A stretch of 64,000 nt of DNA from Phoronis australis (taxonomy: Eukaryota > Animalia > Phoronida): assembly GCA_002633005.1 (NCBI GenBank), contig NMRA01000022.1, positions 110,877-174,876 on the forward strand, written 5' to 3'. Both the position numbers and the translations under genes were made by a program. Position 1 is the first letter of the stretch. Each line of letters starts with the position of its first letter. Below the pieces are notes generated by a model that worked only from the letters and a program-made list of their open reading frames with translations, did no database searches and was not told the origin of the DNA. Positions 1-12,200 of this stretch are shown here, in pieces.

Positions 1-628
1 CCTTCTAACATAACACCATCGCAAACACCTCGTAAGCGCAAACTTAAGTTCCGAAACAGAAACGATGGCCCCAGCTCACGCAACAATGAGTTGGTAAAAT
101 TTGTGTTTCCAGTAAAAAGCCTATTTTTAACTTCAGCTATGCCATCGATTGGACATGACGAGGAGGAGTAGAGAGTCGTGTTGGTCCACACGATCACAGA
201 AGAGCCATTTGCAACAGCAACGACAGTGATGTTCCTTGCGTCGCTATCGCCACAAGCACGTGCAATCGCTTCGACAACAAACACTTGATCAACAACATCA
301 TTCACGAATTCTTCGTAGGCATTTCCAAGTTTTAATATGAATTCGTGTGTAGCAGCTGTGGTGGCCTGCTGTCGTACTATGAATTTCAGTTCAGTTCGGC
401 AGGATTGAAAACCATCGTCACACAGGCTCATCCCAAACGTATAGTTACCGGCATGGCGTGGCAGAGGTAAGCCGATAACTTCCCCAGTCGTCGGATCAAG
501 TGATACCCATTTAGGGACAATGCCGCTGGACGTGTTGGTCAACTGAACAGTCTTGACCTTTGTGCCATTGGAGGCTTCTTGGGTTACTTTATGCCGAAAG
601 ACTTCACCTTCAGTGAGGTACATCACAC
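1..628 (-). CDS. DAG1: Dystroglycan-like, internal exon: second cadherin-like domain and SEA module (continues past the left edge)
   Basis: Acceptor TTCTGTTGCAG| at 629. Manual translation is open to position 1: VMYLTEGEVFRHK..VPKWVSLDPTTGEVIGLPLPRHAGNYTF..HEFILKL..NITVVAVANG/SSVIVWTNTTL..CP. This matches the dystroglycan WVQF..GLP and NITRG/SIVVEWTNNTL motifs. The ORF track missed it. Confidence 0.88.
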
Positions 629-2973
629 CTGCAACAGAACGAATGCACCCCATAACTGATGTATCTTACTATTCTAGTGATAATGTTTACTTAGACTGTA
701 GATGCGATTTGCAATCTAGTGAAAAAGACAGGTTTCGCATATATCAGTTTTTGGTGTTGCATTGGAATTTCCTGAATCTAGCGTGCTCGTGTTTGGGAAC
801 ATGCTGTCTACGAACAAAGACCATATAATCGACTGCTGATTCACTTATCATTAATTTAGCGTTTACAACATTCGACTAGCGCAGTGAGCCCGTTGAAGAT
901 TTTCATCCGATAACCCTCCAGTAGTTCGCAAGATTGAAAAGATCGTGTAGGTCGACATACCATTTTGACGACATTTTTGGAATATGCATGGACTTCGCTT
1001 TCGAAATCTAGCGTCGCCTTGAGTGGAGCATTGAGAGAGAAGTGGTGATGTATTCGCAAAAAATGTCATTTTAGCATTGTTTCACCATATTTGTGGGCGC
1101 CATTCTTTTAAGAGCACGTGGAGGAATTAAAATCCGCGACGAGATTTGCAGTCATGAGAAAGCGCTAGCGAGCTGAAAGAGTACAAATTTCATTCTACAG
1201 TTTTCGATTGAGTGGAAAAGGCGGAGAGTAAAACCCGTCGAAAGCTGTACAGTTTATATATTAATGTCAATGACAACACCTAAAACGTCAACACCGTATT
1301 CGGAAAATAATAAGGACAGCTTGCACACTCCTGCCAGCTATGTCTGTACATCTAAGGTGCCACCAATATCAGGAAGTTTTCTCAAGTCGCCAATGTCAAT
1401 TTTGAATTATCTTTGTTCATATTCTAATTATTTGAAAATAAACCAAATCCACCATAATCTTAAATCAGCCAATATATCAATCAAGAAGAAAACAGACATG
1501 TCGTCATTTTATTAAAAAATTAATGGCAGGTGTATTTTGTTTAGCAATACTACCTGCAAAGTGTGCTGTGTAGAGCATTTCCACCATGTCCACGAAGACT
1601 CTCAAACTAAACAAGTATTGTTGCAAAGTTAAGAAAATGAAACCTCATGAAGCAATTATTTAACCCACTTGTTACGAAAGGTCTGTTTTCCGGTGACGTC
1701 ATACTTGCTCTTGTTGGTTGTATACTGTCGACCAATGTGGACTTGAAAAGAGTCAGTGAAATGTTCTGAAAAGGATAACCGTGAGCATAATCAATGGGAG
1801 ATACGCACGATTAGTGGTTTGGACAAAGTGACCGGTGCAAACAGACTGTGTCCCTGAACTCAGAGTCCAGCGAATGACATTGCCGGCACCCACTGCCTTA
1901 TCCACAATGCCTTTGCTCAGCCGGAACCAGGAACCAATATGAGAAGAAAGAACAACGCAGCAGACAAAAAACATAATTGTGTGGCTGATCCCATAATTGG
2001 TTCCTAGGCCGGAACATATCATAATGTCGCAGTCTCTCATTGGCTCGTTGCAAACACTATGACGTAGCAACATATGCATTTTATTGGTAAATTTCGTGAA
2101 TCCGAAAACTCTAAACTTAGCAATATTATTTACGTATGAGAAATGAAATAAGAGGAAGTGAGATGGTGAGTGAAGAATAGATGAAGAAATGTGTACAGTT
2201 GGTTCAAAAGCGAGCTGGGATGAAGTATACAAAGACAGAGGTGTCCCTGTAACTTTTATCTTAAATGTGTCTGGTTGAAGATGGGCGCTTAATTGGCCGG
2301 TCTTCTCAGTCTACTCAACACTATTCCAGCGCAGCAGAAGATGCTCTTTTGAAAGAAATCCATTATCCTGTCAGAAAGAAACTTTTAAAACCCCATGATT
2401 GTCGTTGACATCAGACTATTAACTCGGGCATGAGGAAGTTCCGGAGTCATGGCGTTGTCATCCACTGAATTAGGGGCCGAACCCTTTGTGTAGCTCTACA
2501 ATAACTTTCTGACACAACACTAAGCCCAACAGACACTCTTTCGTTTAACATCGGCAGTACAAACATAAGATTAAGTTCGATTTTATTGAATTTTACCCAG
2601 CTTCCGGACACAAAGTTAACATTTGATTTTGACCACTTGCTGTTGTAAAGCTTGGACGTGAGAAGGACTACATGTAGCGGCAGGTGGAGTCCGCGCTCGC
2701 TAAGTTGGCTTGACACGGCGGGTCATTTTACGCAGCAAGCACGGTCTCTATAAGGAATTGTCCGTTCTTTCCAAGCACAGAATTCACTTCGAATTGAAAC
2801 CGGTTTCGGCTCTCGATTTCTTTAGAGTAAGGAACAACTCAGGCCAGTTTTTTGACTGCAAGTTGTCCAAATTGAAATTTAGTACTTAACTATACTTAAT
2901 TATAGAAGCTTGGTTCATAGTAGCTTTAAACAAGCTGAGCGAAAAAAGAATTAAACTGAACAACAGTACGGGG

Positions 2974-3131
2974 CAGTGGCGGATTTAGAGGAAGGCCAAG
3001 GGGGCCATGCTCCCCCCTAAAAATCTCCCAGATTGCATTACGGCAGTTCGGGGTCTAAATGCCTGACGGGCAAAATCCTGGCTAATACTCTGCCCTGGCC
3101 CCCCTAACTCAAAATGCTGGATCCGCCCCTG
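2974..3131. mobile_element. MITE (CAGTGGCGGAT...ATCCGCCCCTG)
   Basis: Imperfect terminal inverted repeats with internal G/C runs. Flanked on both sides by the direct repeat CGGGG. Confidence 0.75.
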
Positions 3132-3320
3132 CGGGGGAATCGACATTTAAACTCCCAAAACGCCCAGGGTCAATTCTCATATCAACTCCTGCCCCAGTAC
3201 CGACATCTCCATAAACTTTTATTCAAACCTGTTCTTGGGTTTATTAGCTCACTGCTGCTAAGGGATGGACAAGACATTGGTATAAAAGACATAGACAGAG
3301 GTGATAAATACACGCAATAC

Positions 3321-4463
3321 CTGTACGGTGGACGCTACAGCTGAACCGCTTTCTTCCCACGTGTGCGACTGCAGCAAAGTCGACGTGGTCATCCAGCTAT
3401 GACTCGTTTTTGGTAGAGACGAATGTGTTCTTGGATGTGAAGCAGGTTCGTCAAGGGATAAAGTCGACGCTTCTTTTGTTATGAACGTAGGCGATGCCAA
3501 GATTGACGACGTGATTAGAGCCTCTCTGTCATACGAGCTCTTCGACATTTCCAGAGATGGATTCGCATCTTTTGTGTGGAGCTGCACAGCACTGTGCACA
3601 TTTGGCAATTGTTGCGTTGGAATAACGATTGTTTGCTTTAAATTACTAGCTGCAAATGATGCCGGAGACGTCACGGTAGATGGAGGAATAGTTGACTTTT
3701 GTTCAGTTGATGCCAGTAGAAAGCGAGCAACTGGAGTCTCAATAGAGATGCTAGACATTCTGCGGTTTGTCACTTTATCGCCAGTAGAGGCAAAGTCGAT
3801 GGAGTATCCATCCTCCACTGTCTGTGAGCGTAATGAGTCTACATAACTGGACGTGTTGGATTCATCTGTTTGTTCGGAACTTTTGCGAGAAGGAAGTAAT
3901 GATACGGGAAAATAACTCGATGATGTCGGTAACACAGCGTACACCATCTGTGAAGAAGAAAGGTCGAAAGGTCCCTTCGAGTCAATCGCTGGTTTAACAC
4001 CGGTTGTTTGGGACACAGTACCGCTAGCCTTTTCAACCGCAGAGGATACGCTTGTTGCCGAACATTCATGCGATGCTGGTGTTGGGGAAATTCTTCGTTC
4101 AGTGATTGTCGACAGCAACTGTCCCGTTATTATTTCGCTGGGAACCTTGTCCGCATGTGATGCTCCGCTTTCAGAGAGTGTTTCCACACTGAACAGATTG
4201 GCCTCGTCAAGTGTACTTGAGTGGTCACCAGCGTCCTCATCTCTGCTAGTAGTGACGTCCATTTCGCCACTCACGGGTGACGGCATGATGAGAAGTTGAC
4301 TTCTTGCTGCTTGAAACATGGTGAGACGAATTGAACTTACGTAAGGTGTAGCAATTGAAATCCCACGCTTACTAGAATCTCCATGTCCTTCCAAGAAGAA
4401 AGACGGAGACGGTGATGGCGATAGGTGCTCCAATGATAGTTTCAGCGACGGATCGAATGCCAG
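3321..4463 (-). CDS. DAG1: Dystroglycan-like, Ser/Thr-rich mucin-like exon (381 codons, phase 0-0)
   Basis: Long S/T/P-rich ORF. Acceptor TTTTTAAG|CTG at 4463 and donor CAG|GTATTG at 3321. In frame with the upstream exon. Confidence 0.78.
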
Positions 4464-4783
4464 CTTAAAAATGAAAAAGTTAAGTAATGTCTGAGTGTTT
4501 TTTTTACTTAAAATATTTACCAGCACTTATATTCTAACTTAAAAGACAGAGGAGATTGTAAAGACATTTTGACTAAATAATTTTTTACAAACATTGTGAT
4601 TAAAATAACCTCATGCAATTTAAAGCGAGAGTTAAAACTCTCTCGTGGATTCTTTCATCTTACCATGTAATGCAGTGTACTGCTCAAATTCCTAGATACG
4701 GTTTAAATCCCGGAGGCACACAATATGACTTGGAAGTTTCAAAGATCAGAAACCAAATTTAAAATATATATCCAACGACTCAC

Positions 4784-5506
4784 CTTTGTGTCCTTATTTT
4801 CTACTGAACTACTAAGAGGCCAACTTTGCTGGGTTGACGAAGGTTGTAGCTGTTCCAGAGGCAACGTGGACTGAATTTGTCTCCTCAAACGTTTTTGCCG
4901 CAATCGTTGGGCGAAGAGGTTTGGTTTCACATTGAACACAAACCAGCCCACAACGGGATATCCAATCCACTTCGTTATGCCCTTACTCTTCGAGGTCGTT
5001 TCAAAATGTTCTAATATTTTAAGGTGGCGGGGCTGTACTAGCCCGCAACCCACAGTCCATGAGATGGTAATACCCGTATGTTGTTGAACGGGTACATCTC
5101 CAGCGCCAGCAATTAAAATATCGCGATCGTGAAACACGGATTTTCGATCCAAAGTTACTTTAATGGCATTTTCATCAGTTGAAAATAAGTTCGAAATATC
5201 ATTAATTATCCCCACCTTTTCCTCTGCAGTCATATCAGTCCACTCGATATCAAGCAAGATACTTGCTTTGGTTTCTGTCTTCAACGACTGACAGGAAATT
5301 GGTTTATGGTAGTGGGTACTACTGTCGTCTCGTGCTCGCGGAGATGAATCCACCACCTCCACGAAGATGACGTCACAGGGTATTGAATGAGGAGTGCGCA
5401 GCATGTTTCTCACAGAAACGCAGTATAAACCCACGTCATCATGTACTGGAAGACCGATTAAGAGACGACGTTCATCATCAAATATCATCCATGGCGCGAG
5501 GGTCTG
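4784..5506 (-). CDS. DAG1: Dystroglycan-like, exon 2: first cadherin-like domain, S6-like domain and furin site
   Basis: LAPWMIFD..LIGLP, ILIAGAGDV, ISWTVGCG, IGYPVVGWFV and RLRRQI match alpha-dystroglycan N-terminal motifs (LPSWL..LEGLP, MAGPGN, LSWKLGC, LGYPVVGWHI, RVRRQI). Acceptor ACAG|CAG and donor AAG|GTGAGT. Confidence 0.92.
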
Positions 5507-7748
5507 CTGTAAAAAGATATCTCATTTTAAATTTGCTGATTACTTGTTCTAAACTAAAGTAATTGGTTTTTAACTGTTTAAACTGAACAAGATGTTACGA
5601 GTTTTTACAAAGTTTTGCATTATGCTCAAAACACTTAAAGTTATTGCTTATAGACTGGCAAAGATTCAGACTTTCCTAAGACACTCGGTTCAATGTTTGT
5701 TCTTATTGTGCATTAGTCATGCACTTGAGGCCCTACCGTAGCTTCACTAGCGCCACCTTCAGAGTTTCGGGTTCCATTCAGTGAAAAGCGAAAAATGTGT
5801 TAGTGAGTAAAAAGGCAGTTTAATTCGCTAGAAAAAAATGCGTTTACTGTTGAAAAATTTGAAAGCGCGTACAGTTCTCGTGATGGAAAAAAAACTGGTT
5901 ACATCGATGAGCATTCACTCGTGTTTTGATCTTGCAAAGTTAAATGCATTTCATTCATTCGTTTGATATGGTTTGCTCCCATAACTCGGCCATAATGCTA
6001 CGAATTTCCCCTTCTCAACACGCGAATGACCGGAAGCAAGAAGAAGGTCCATGGTCACGTAGTGGCTCCCTTATCTCGATCCCGGTAGGAGCACATCGAC
6101 GGGAAAAAATATCTGTTTCAAGGAATCCAGAATGTCCAGTGGAACGCCTACTCTAGGCCAAAAGGTTTGAACACGCAAATAGAAATTTATTCATGATTTT
6201 TTGTGCACAAGAATCATGGTAACAAACAATTCCGGCGATGACGAAAGAAATTGGAGGTCAGGAGAAACTGGGTGGAGACAACGATCGGTTACAAAAGGGA
6301 ATCGACAGCGAGAAATTCCTGGCGATCATTGGAGAAACTGATTAGTGTTCAGACGAAGATCAACAATCAAAACTCCTCGCTTTATAATACCAGACTGCGT
6401 GCCCTAGAGTGCATGAGCAACTGAGGTTTAAAATATTGTCCAGTCAGACAAACTTAAAGCTTTTAGCTATTTAGATAATCAAAGGTTATCAATAAAGTAA
6501 TTAATTGATAACACGACGCGAAAGAGTTCTTCTGACTGAGTCAATGTCTGTAGTTGTCGTCGTCGTCGTCATCAACATCGTCGTCAATACCTTTGGTTGA
6601 ACATGAACTTTTTAGTTTCATTAATGTTAATGGATTCGTGCAGTCCATTTGTTTTAGACACATATACAGCCCCTGTCATGTCAAATTGATGTCAAATCTG
6701 CACGTATGTTCTATGTTTAAGTTACATATAGCAAATCAGTGACATATTGTGGCATTTAAATTTGAATATATTATGATACCAATTTTGACAATTGCAAGAC
6801 GGTCGTTAAAGTCCCAGGCATTTCGTTTCGCAAAGTAATAAAAACCAGTCACGTTACACGCATTAACACTCAAAAGCTTGGCATGAAGTCCACCGCGCCG
6901 AATGAGAATGCTGACATCAAGTTTCACATTCTTATGAATGGAGCTAATTGCACGCAGTATACGGCGTGGCTTGATACGACAAGAGAGATAACCAGAACAA
7001 ATGCAGATCATTGGATGGAACGAGGAAATTTATTCCCCCCCCCCCCCCCCAAAACCCCCCNACCCGCCAAATATCCATTCCCAACCGGGTGCAGACTCAA
7101 CAAACAAAGTCGTTCGCACTCTAGATGTGCTATTTCTTTACACTTCAATTGCTGTCTCAACTGCTCCCAGACAACACAGTCAGTCAGATGTAACCTTATA
7201 TGTTGAGGGGAAATCTAAAAACACTTTAGTTCCAAAGCAAAGCAGCCGTTGAGCACAAAACAAAGGAGTGACACAGCCTCACAACGGGGTACATTTCTGC
7301 GAGTCATTATGTCGAAGATGTTTCCAGAAAACTTCTTTTGAAAAAATTGGCGATGTCTGTTTGGTCACTTTCCGGGATGCGTTCTTAAAATCTCTGTCAC
7401 CGCGTACACTTATAAATGAGTAGTCGTACGATTATTTATGAGATTATCATTAACTGTAACTCTGCCGCTTTCAAAGATTTACTGTAAGGGCTTTGGGTAC
7501 ACAGCATGAAAAGAAACGTTATTTGGTTAATAATTTTAACTACAAAATTTTTCATTTTAGAACAGTTTTGCTTGCCCACTTTACTCTTCGTGGCGTGTTT
7601 ATTGGAAACGTTATTTTCCAAACTGTTTATTTCGGGCTGATCGACTCACGTGCATGCATTTACTCTGGTTTGTAACGAGAACCTGTGAATCAGTGGCCCT
7701 CGAAAGTTTTACATAGAATGATAGATGTGACTTACGCACTGTACTTAC

Positions 7749-8051
7749 AAGTCTGTTTGTAACGACTTCAGGTTTCCAAAACTCCTTTACCTCCTTGGTT
7801 GATATTTTCCATCTAAACAGTTGTCCAGCTACTGCAGTAGCGTGACATACGCCGCTATCAGCTCCTGTCAAAATGTCGCGAGCCTGCCGCGTGCCAAGAT
7901 CTCCTGACTCGCGTGGCAAAACACCGCGTCTCACCGACCGACATTGCGACGCAACGTCGCCTTCAGCGTTCATTGAAGAGATCACACAAACTAAAGCAGC
8001 GGAAAGGAGCCAGTTGTTAGAATTATCTTGTCTGCTGAACAACGCCATCAT
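7749..8051 (-). CDS. DAG1: Dystroglycan-like, first coding exon with signal peptide
   Basis: ATG followed by a hydrophobic stretch WLLSAALVCVISS. GVCHATAVAGQLFRWKI resembles GIPDGTAVVGRSFRVTI. Donor CTT|GTAAGT, phase 0, joins exon 2 in frame. Confidence 0.85.
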
Positions 8052-9329
8052 GGACGAGTCCCGGACTCACCAAAATACTGGTTTACAACTTATGCGTTGA
8101 ACTCGAAGCTGAACACCGAAGTAAATGATACCGATGACACACGCAACACACTAGACGTCTAAATGTTTGCCTTATCACAATCGGTTCCGCTGAGTTCACA
8201 GCTCAATAAATTTCTCATACAGTGAATGTTTAGTGTCACTGAACGCAGCTGAAGCATTTACAATTTGCGTTGAAAATTTCACTAGACACTGCAGGATTGT
8301 CCGACTGATGTAGGCTATAACTTAATGTCTCGCGCAAACTCGGGCCCTACCACGAATCCTCATGGGGCCCCTCGGTTATTGTAGCTACAGGGGAGGGTGT
8401 AAAAATTGTGACAACCGGGTGGAAGCTGAAATTACCAGGGACAAACTTCTTCTAGGGCGCTGCTTACGGCAAGAATATTTACCTCCAGGTCATTGAGAAA
8501 CATTCAACGTTTTGCGACGAAAGTCCCGCCTATACCCGCAATTAAATACATGCTAAACATTGGAATACTGAAAAACAAGAAGCAAAATTTGAATGCGATT
8601 GAAACTTGACTTCTCCTGGTAGAAGTTGGCGCTCACCAAATTTAAAAAAATTATATGAAAAATATTGCGAACGACAAAACACAAAAACGCAAATATTTAA
8701 GAAAGATAACCGTTCTCTTTGGCTTGCAAGTGACGCTACGTACGAAATTCATGTGCGTAAAAATTCTTTGAAAGAAGTATTATTCTGCCCAATATGGGCG
8801 ACTGGAACTAAGCACGCGGTTAGTATATAATGTCACATGTATTTGTCCTTTGAATGGCGTCGTTATGCGTTAAGGAACAGGCAACAATGGAGCTTGACGT
8901 CTACAAGTTCATATACATGTACCGTTAATATTTTCGCTTCTAAGAAAAACTTTAAAGATCACATGAACTGAGAAGTTGGAACGATCTTTATTTCTTTATA
9001 GTGGTTATAGGCCCACTTTCCCTGACCAAAATAAAAACACTTACCATTATGGAATTGGTATAAATGACCTATGGCCAGGACTTTGAGTGACAGCTTAGGT
9101 GACCAATCAGAACGCAGCATTCTTGACACACCTTCTTTTCCAAGCCGCCATTTTACCCGACAAACAACACGTTGCCGGGTAAAACTTATTGTTTGTTTGT
9201 CGACATTAGGCAAGGGGGAGGAGCTTGCGATAGGTCAATTACTTAGCAACTGAGGTTGATTTTAGGGCTTTGAAAGAACTAACAGTGTGTTGCTTCTTCA
9301 GACCAAGCTTATACAATAACTCCAGCCTC

Positions 9330-9471
9330 CCGTTCAGTAACGCTAGGACCTCGCTAAAAAGCAAGACTTCGCGAGATTACACGAGATATTGTCGTGTAAT
9401 TTAAATGAGAACACGTGACTTTGACTAGGTTTTAGCTAGATCCCAGCGTAGGTCCTAGCGTCTACTGAACG
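9330..9471. mobile_element. Small inverted-repeat element (MITE-like)
   Basis: CGTTCAGTAACGCTAGGACCT is a near-perfect reverse complement of AGGTCCTAGCGTCTACTGAACG. Confidence 0.6.
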
Positions 9472-11194
9472 CAGCGCCAGGTCTTGTGAGCTTGATGTGA
9501 AGAGACAACCAATGGTCATTTCTTCCCGAGCTTACATCATCACTTCTAAACTGAGTAAGGAACAAGGTAAAACCACCATTACAACGGCAACTGGCCTAAA
9601 TCAAAACTTGTTTTTGACACGAAGCACTGGTCTAATGTCTAATATCTCAAAGCTGTGCGCAGCGTTTAGTTGACGTCTGCTATCCCAGAAAAGTAGGTCT
9701 TTATTACTTGTTATTCAAAAGTCGGTCTGTATTATCCAAAAAATATTTGTGTTTCATTCTTCAGATGACGAAAAAGTACAACTGATGATGAAAATTGCTT
9801 TTTGGAGAGAAAATTTTGTCCCGGGTATTATGAGGGCTCACATCATATTCTGGTCATCACACCAATGACTCACCCCCACCGCAAAGGACCTCTGTGAGTG
9901 AAAATAAAACTATTTGTAGCCCTAATCCTGACAAGCAAAAACTCGGGATGGCGGAAGTCAGAGAATCAAACATCGCGCTTCCTCAATATCAATCGAAGTT
10001 GTGGAACGCTCTGTTGGACAATCAAGGTTTTGTAAGTTAGTATGAAGCGCCAAATGGCACGGAATTCGAAGTCTGTCAGTAGGTAACGCCTGTGAGTTTT
10101 ACACGTCAACGCGTTCGCGTTTTTGCAATGGCTTAGTGCACTGCGAAGACGATCAACCTAAGTCAGTGATCGACATGAAATGCCTGTGCAATGACAGTCC
10201 TTTTTATACATTGACATCGCCAGGAGTTGTGGACATGAAGCCCCAGGCCTGCAGTTCTCTCAAAATGTCGTCAATTCGGCGCCTGTCAGTCACACTCGTG
10301 TACAAGTCTGAATTTTACACCTTAGGGGAATTGGCAAGTGGGGGTATTTATTATTATTGCGATCTTGTGAATGTACTGCCTCCGCATCACATCAAAAGTT
10401 CGTCTGACGCATAAAAGTATAAAACACCTACGCGCTCACGCACAAACGTGTAAAAGCCGCACTCGTTACCTACTGAAAGACTTGGAATTCCACGTAATCG
10501 TTTAAGATCCTTTTGGCCTTCATATGTGAGCCCGACTGTAACATCAGTCACTGTGACAGCGTTGGTGCTTCATGTGAAATAAAATATTCTTGCCAGAAAT
10601 CCTCGTTGTTGTTACTTTGTCGGAATGGTTATCTAACTGTCTGTTTTTTTTAAATTCATTATTGGAAAGGGTAATACTGTGAGTGCACAAATAAGGCAGA
10701 AACTGTGCGTATCGAGTTAAAATCCACCGCCCGTTCATAACGCAACTCTAAAGTACCAAAAAGAGGCTAAGCAACCTTTTTTCCTTGGGCTATTTCTCGA
10801 CTGATGTCTGCAAAGAATGTTTTCCATAGGTGATAGGTGTTTTAATATTGACAAGCAGGCTAGTCTACAAAAAAGGCAATTGACACCCAATGTCTAAAAT
10901 TCCATTCTCGAGTCTACTGCGATTATTGTATAACCTTAGTTTGCTCTTGAAGTCCCAGTCATACAATCAAAAAATTCAGAATCGAGTTCGAAATCTGGAG
11001 TTTTAATGGTTATTTGTGTAAACCTTAATGTACTCGAGCATAGAATGATAGATACTTGTCTCGAGTTTGTATTACACTATAGCTACCATCTTATTACTCC
11101 CAAGTATTAAACAGGACGGAAAATAATTTCGAGTTCAGTTTGGAATACAAATATTACAAGACCAAATCCCCAGTGTGTAGGCACTCTCTCCTGC

Positions 11195-11545
11195 AACAAC
11201 GTTATTTTTGGGGTTTTTGATAAAAAGAAAATTTTAAAAACATTGTTTTATTATTGGGTAAACAGTTTATTTATACCCAAAAGTTTGGATCAAAAAGATT
11301 ACTTCTAAGTAGATTTTTTAACTTCATCAAAGAATATTATATGAGTGAAAAGTATAATGCTCGTAAGGATTTGAATTTAGAATTTATACAAAAAAGATGG
11401 TGTAACTTTGAAACGGTTTTTCTTAGCAGTCAATAGGATTAGTTATGGGGTATGCGTGTGTGTGTGTGTGTGTGCGTGTCTGTGGTGTTCTTTGTCTTTT
11501 TGTGTAATGTTTTTCTCATTGCCAATAAATGTATAAAAAAAAAAT
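11195..11545 (+). mobile_element. 5'-truncated L1/Tx1-like LINE 3' end
   Basis: ILLGKQFIY..FIKEYYMSEKYNA..FIQKRW resembles the L1/Tx1 ORF2 C-terminus. It is followed by a (GT)n tract, AATAAA and an A-tail. Confidence 0.65.
11456..11474. repeat. (GT)n microsatellite
   Basis: Read directly from the sequence. Confidence 0.9.
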
Positions 11546-11576
11546 TAAAAATATTATAATTCCTGAGGCTCAGGTC

Positions 11577-12200
11577 TCATAACCACCTTTTCGACAAAAT
11601 CTTCCACTTCCTGTCACAGATTTGGAATTTGAGCCTTTTGATGTCATTATAATCCTTGACAATATCTGCTACTAAAATGTTGTCGAACTCGTCAGCATAG
11701 AACCCACCTGGCCGACTCACAGCGCTACCTGGTATCATTGTGGAAGTGCATACATTCACCTCGGCTGCAAGATCCTGCAACACAATCTTTGCAAACTCGA
11801 AATGCGCCCACGTGTTGGAATAAACGTGGGAACGAAGCCATCATGGGGCCGCCCGTGTCACATCTCACAACATCATGCCATCTTCTACTCTGAGAAGTGT
11901 TTTCATATGCGAAATGTTGTGATGAGGAAATTCTGTAGGTAAATGAAAAGGCCGCGATGGTATTTATGATCACTCCAGCCAAAAACAGTTGTTTGCTGTT
12001 TTTCGTCTTCTATAATGAGCCCGCAGTTTTTTTTTGCGCTGCAGCCATTCCTGTTAAATTAGCTCCCAGCGTTGTTTTGAAAGTCACTAGGTGTTTCTGT
12101 CGGCCCACCTTTAATTACGGGAACCATCTCGAGACTGGTGCTAGATATAGCCCCACGGAAGTAACTTATGAAGTTCCTGGAATTGGTCATATCACGGAAT
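11577..12200 (-). pseudogene. Possible decayed NHL-repeat (beta-propeller) gene fragment
   Basis: RPGGFYADEFDNILVAD and LPWGYI resemble NHL motifs (P.GI..D..GNILVAD, PWGIA). The frame is broken by stops and frameshifts. Confidence 0.3.

Noticed and set aside
3481-4299. Plus-strand ORFs of 121 aa and 65 aa
   Set aside because: Antisense shadows of the dystroglycan mucin exon.
5940-6430. Purine-rich stretch resembling a decayed LINE ORF2
   Set aside because: Motif similarity is too weak to call by eye.
7035-7065. Poly-C tract giving polyproline ORFs or a G-quadruplex
   Set aside because: Low-complexity intronic run next to an N; the sequence is unreliable here.
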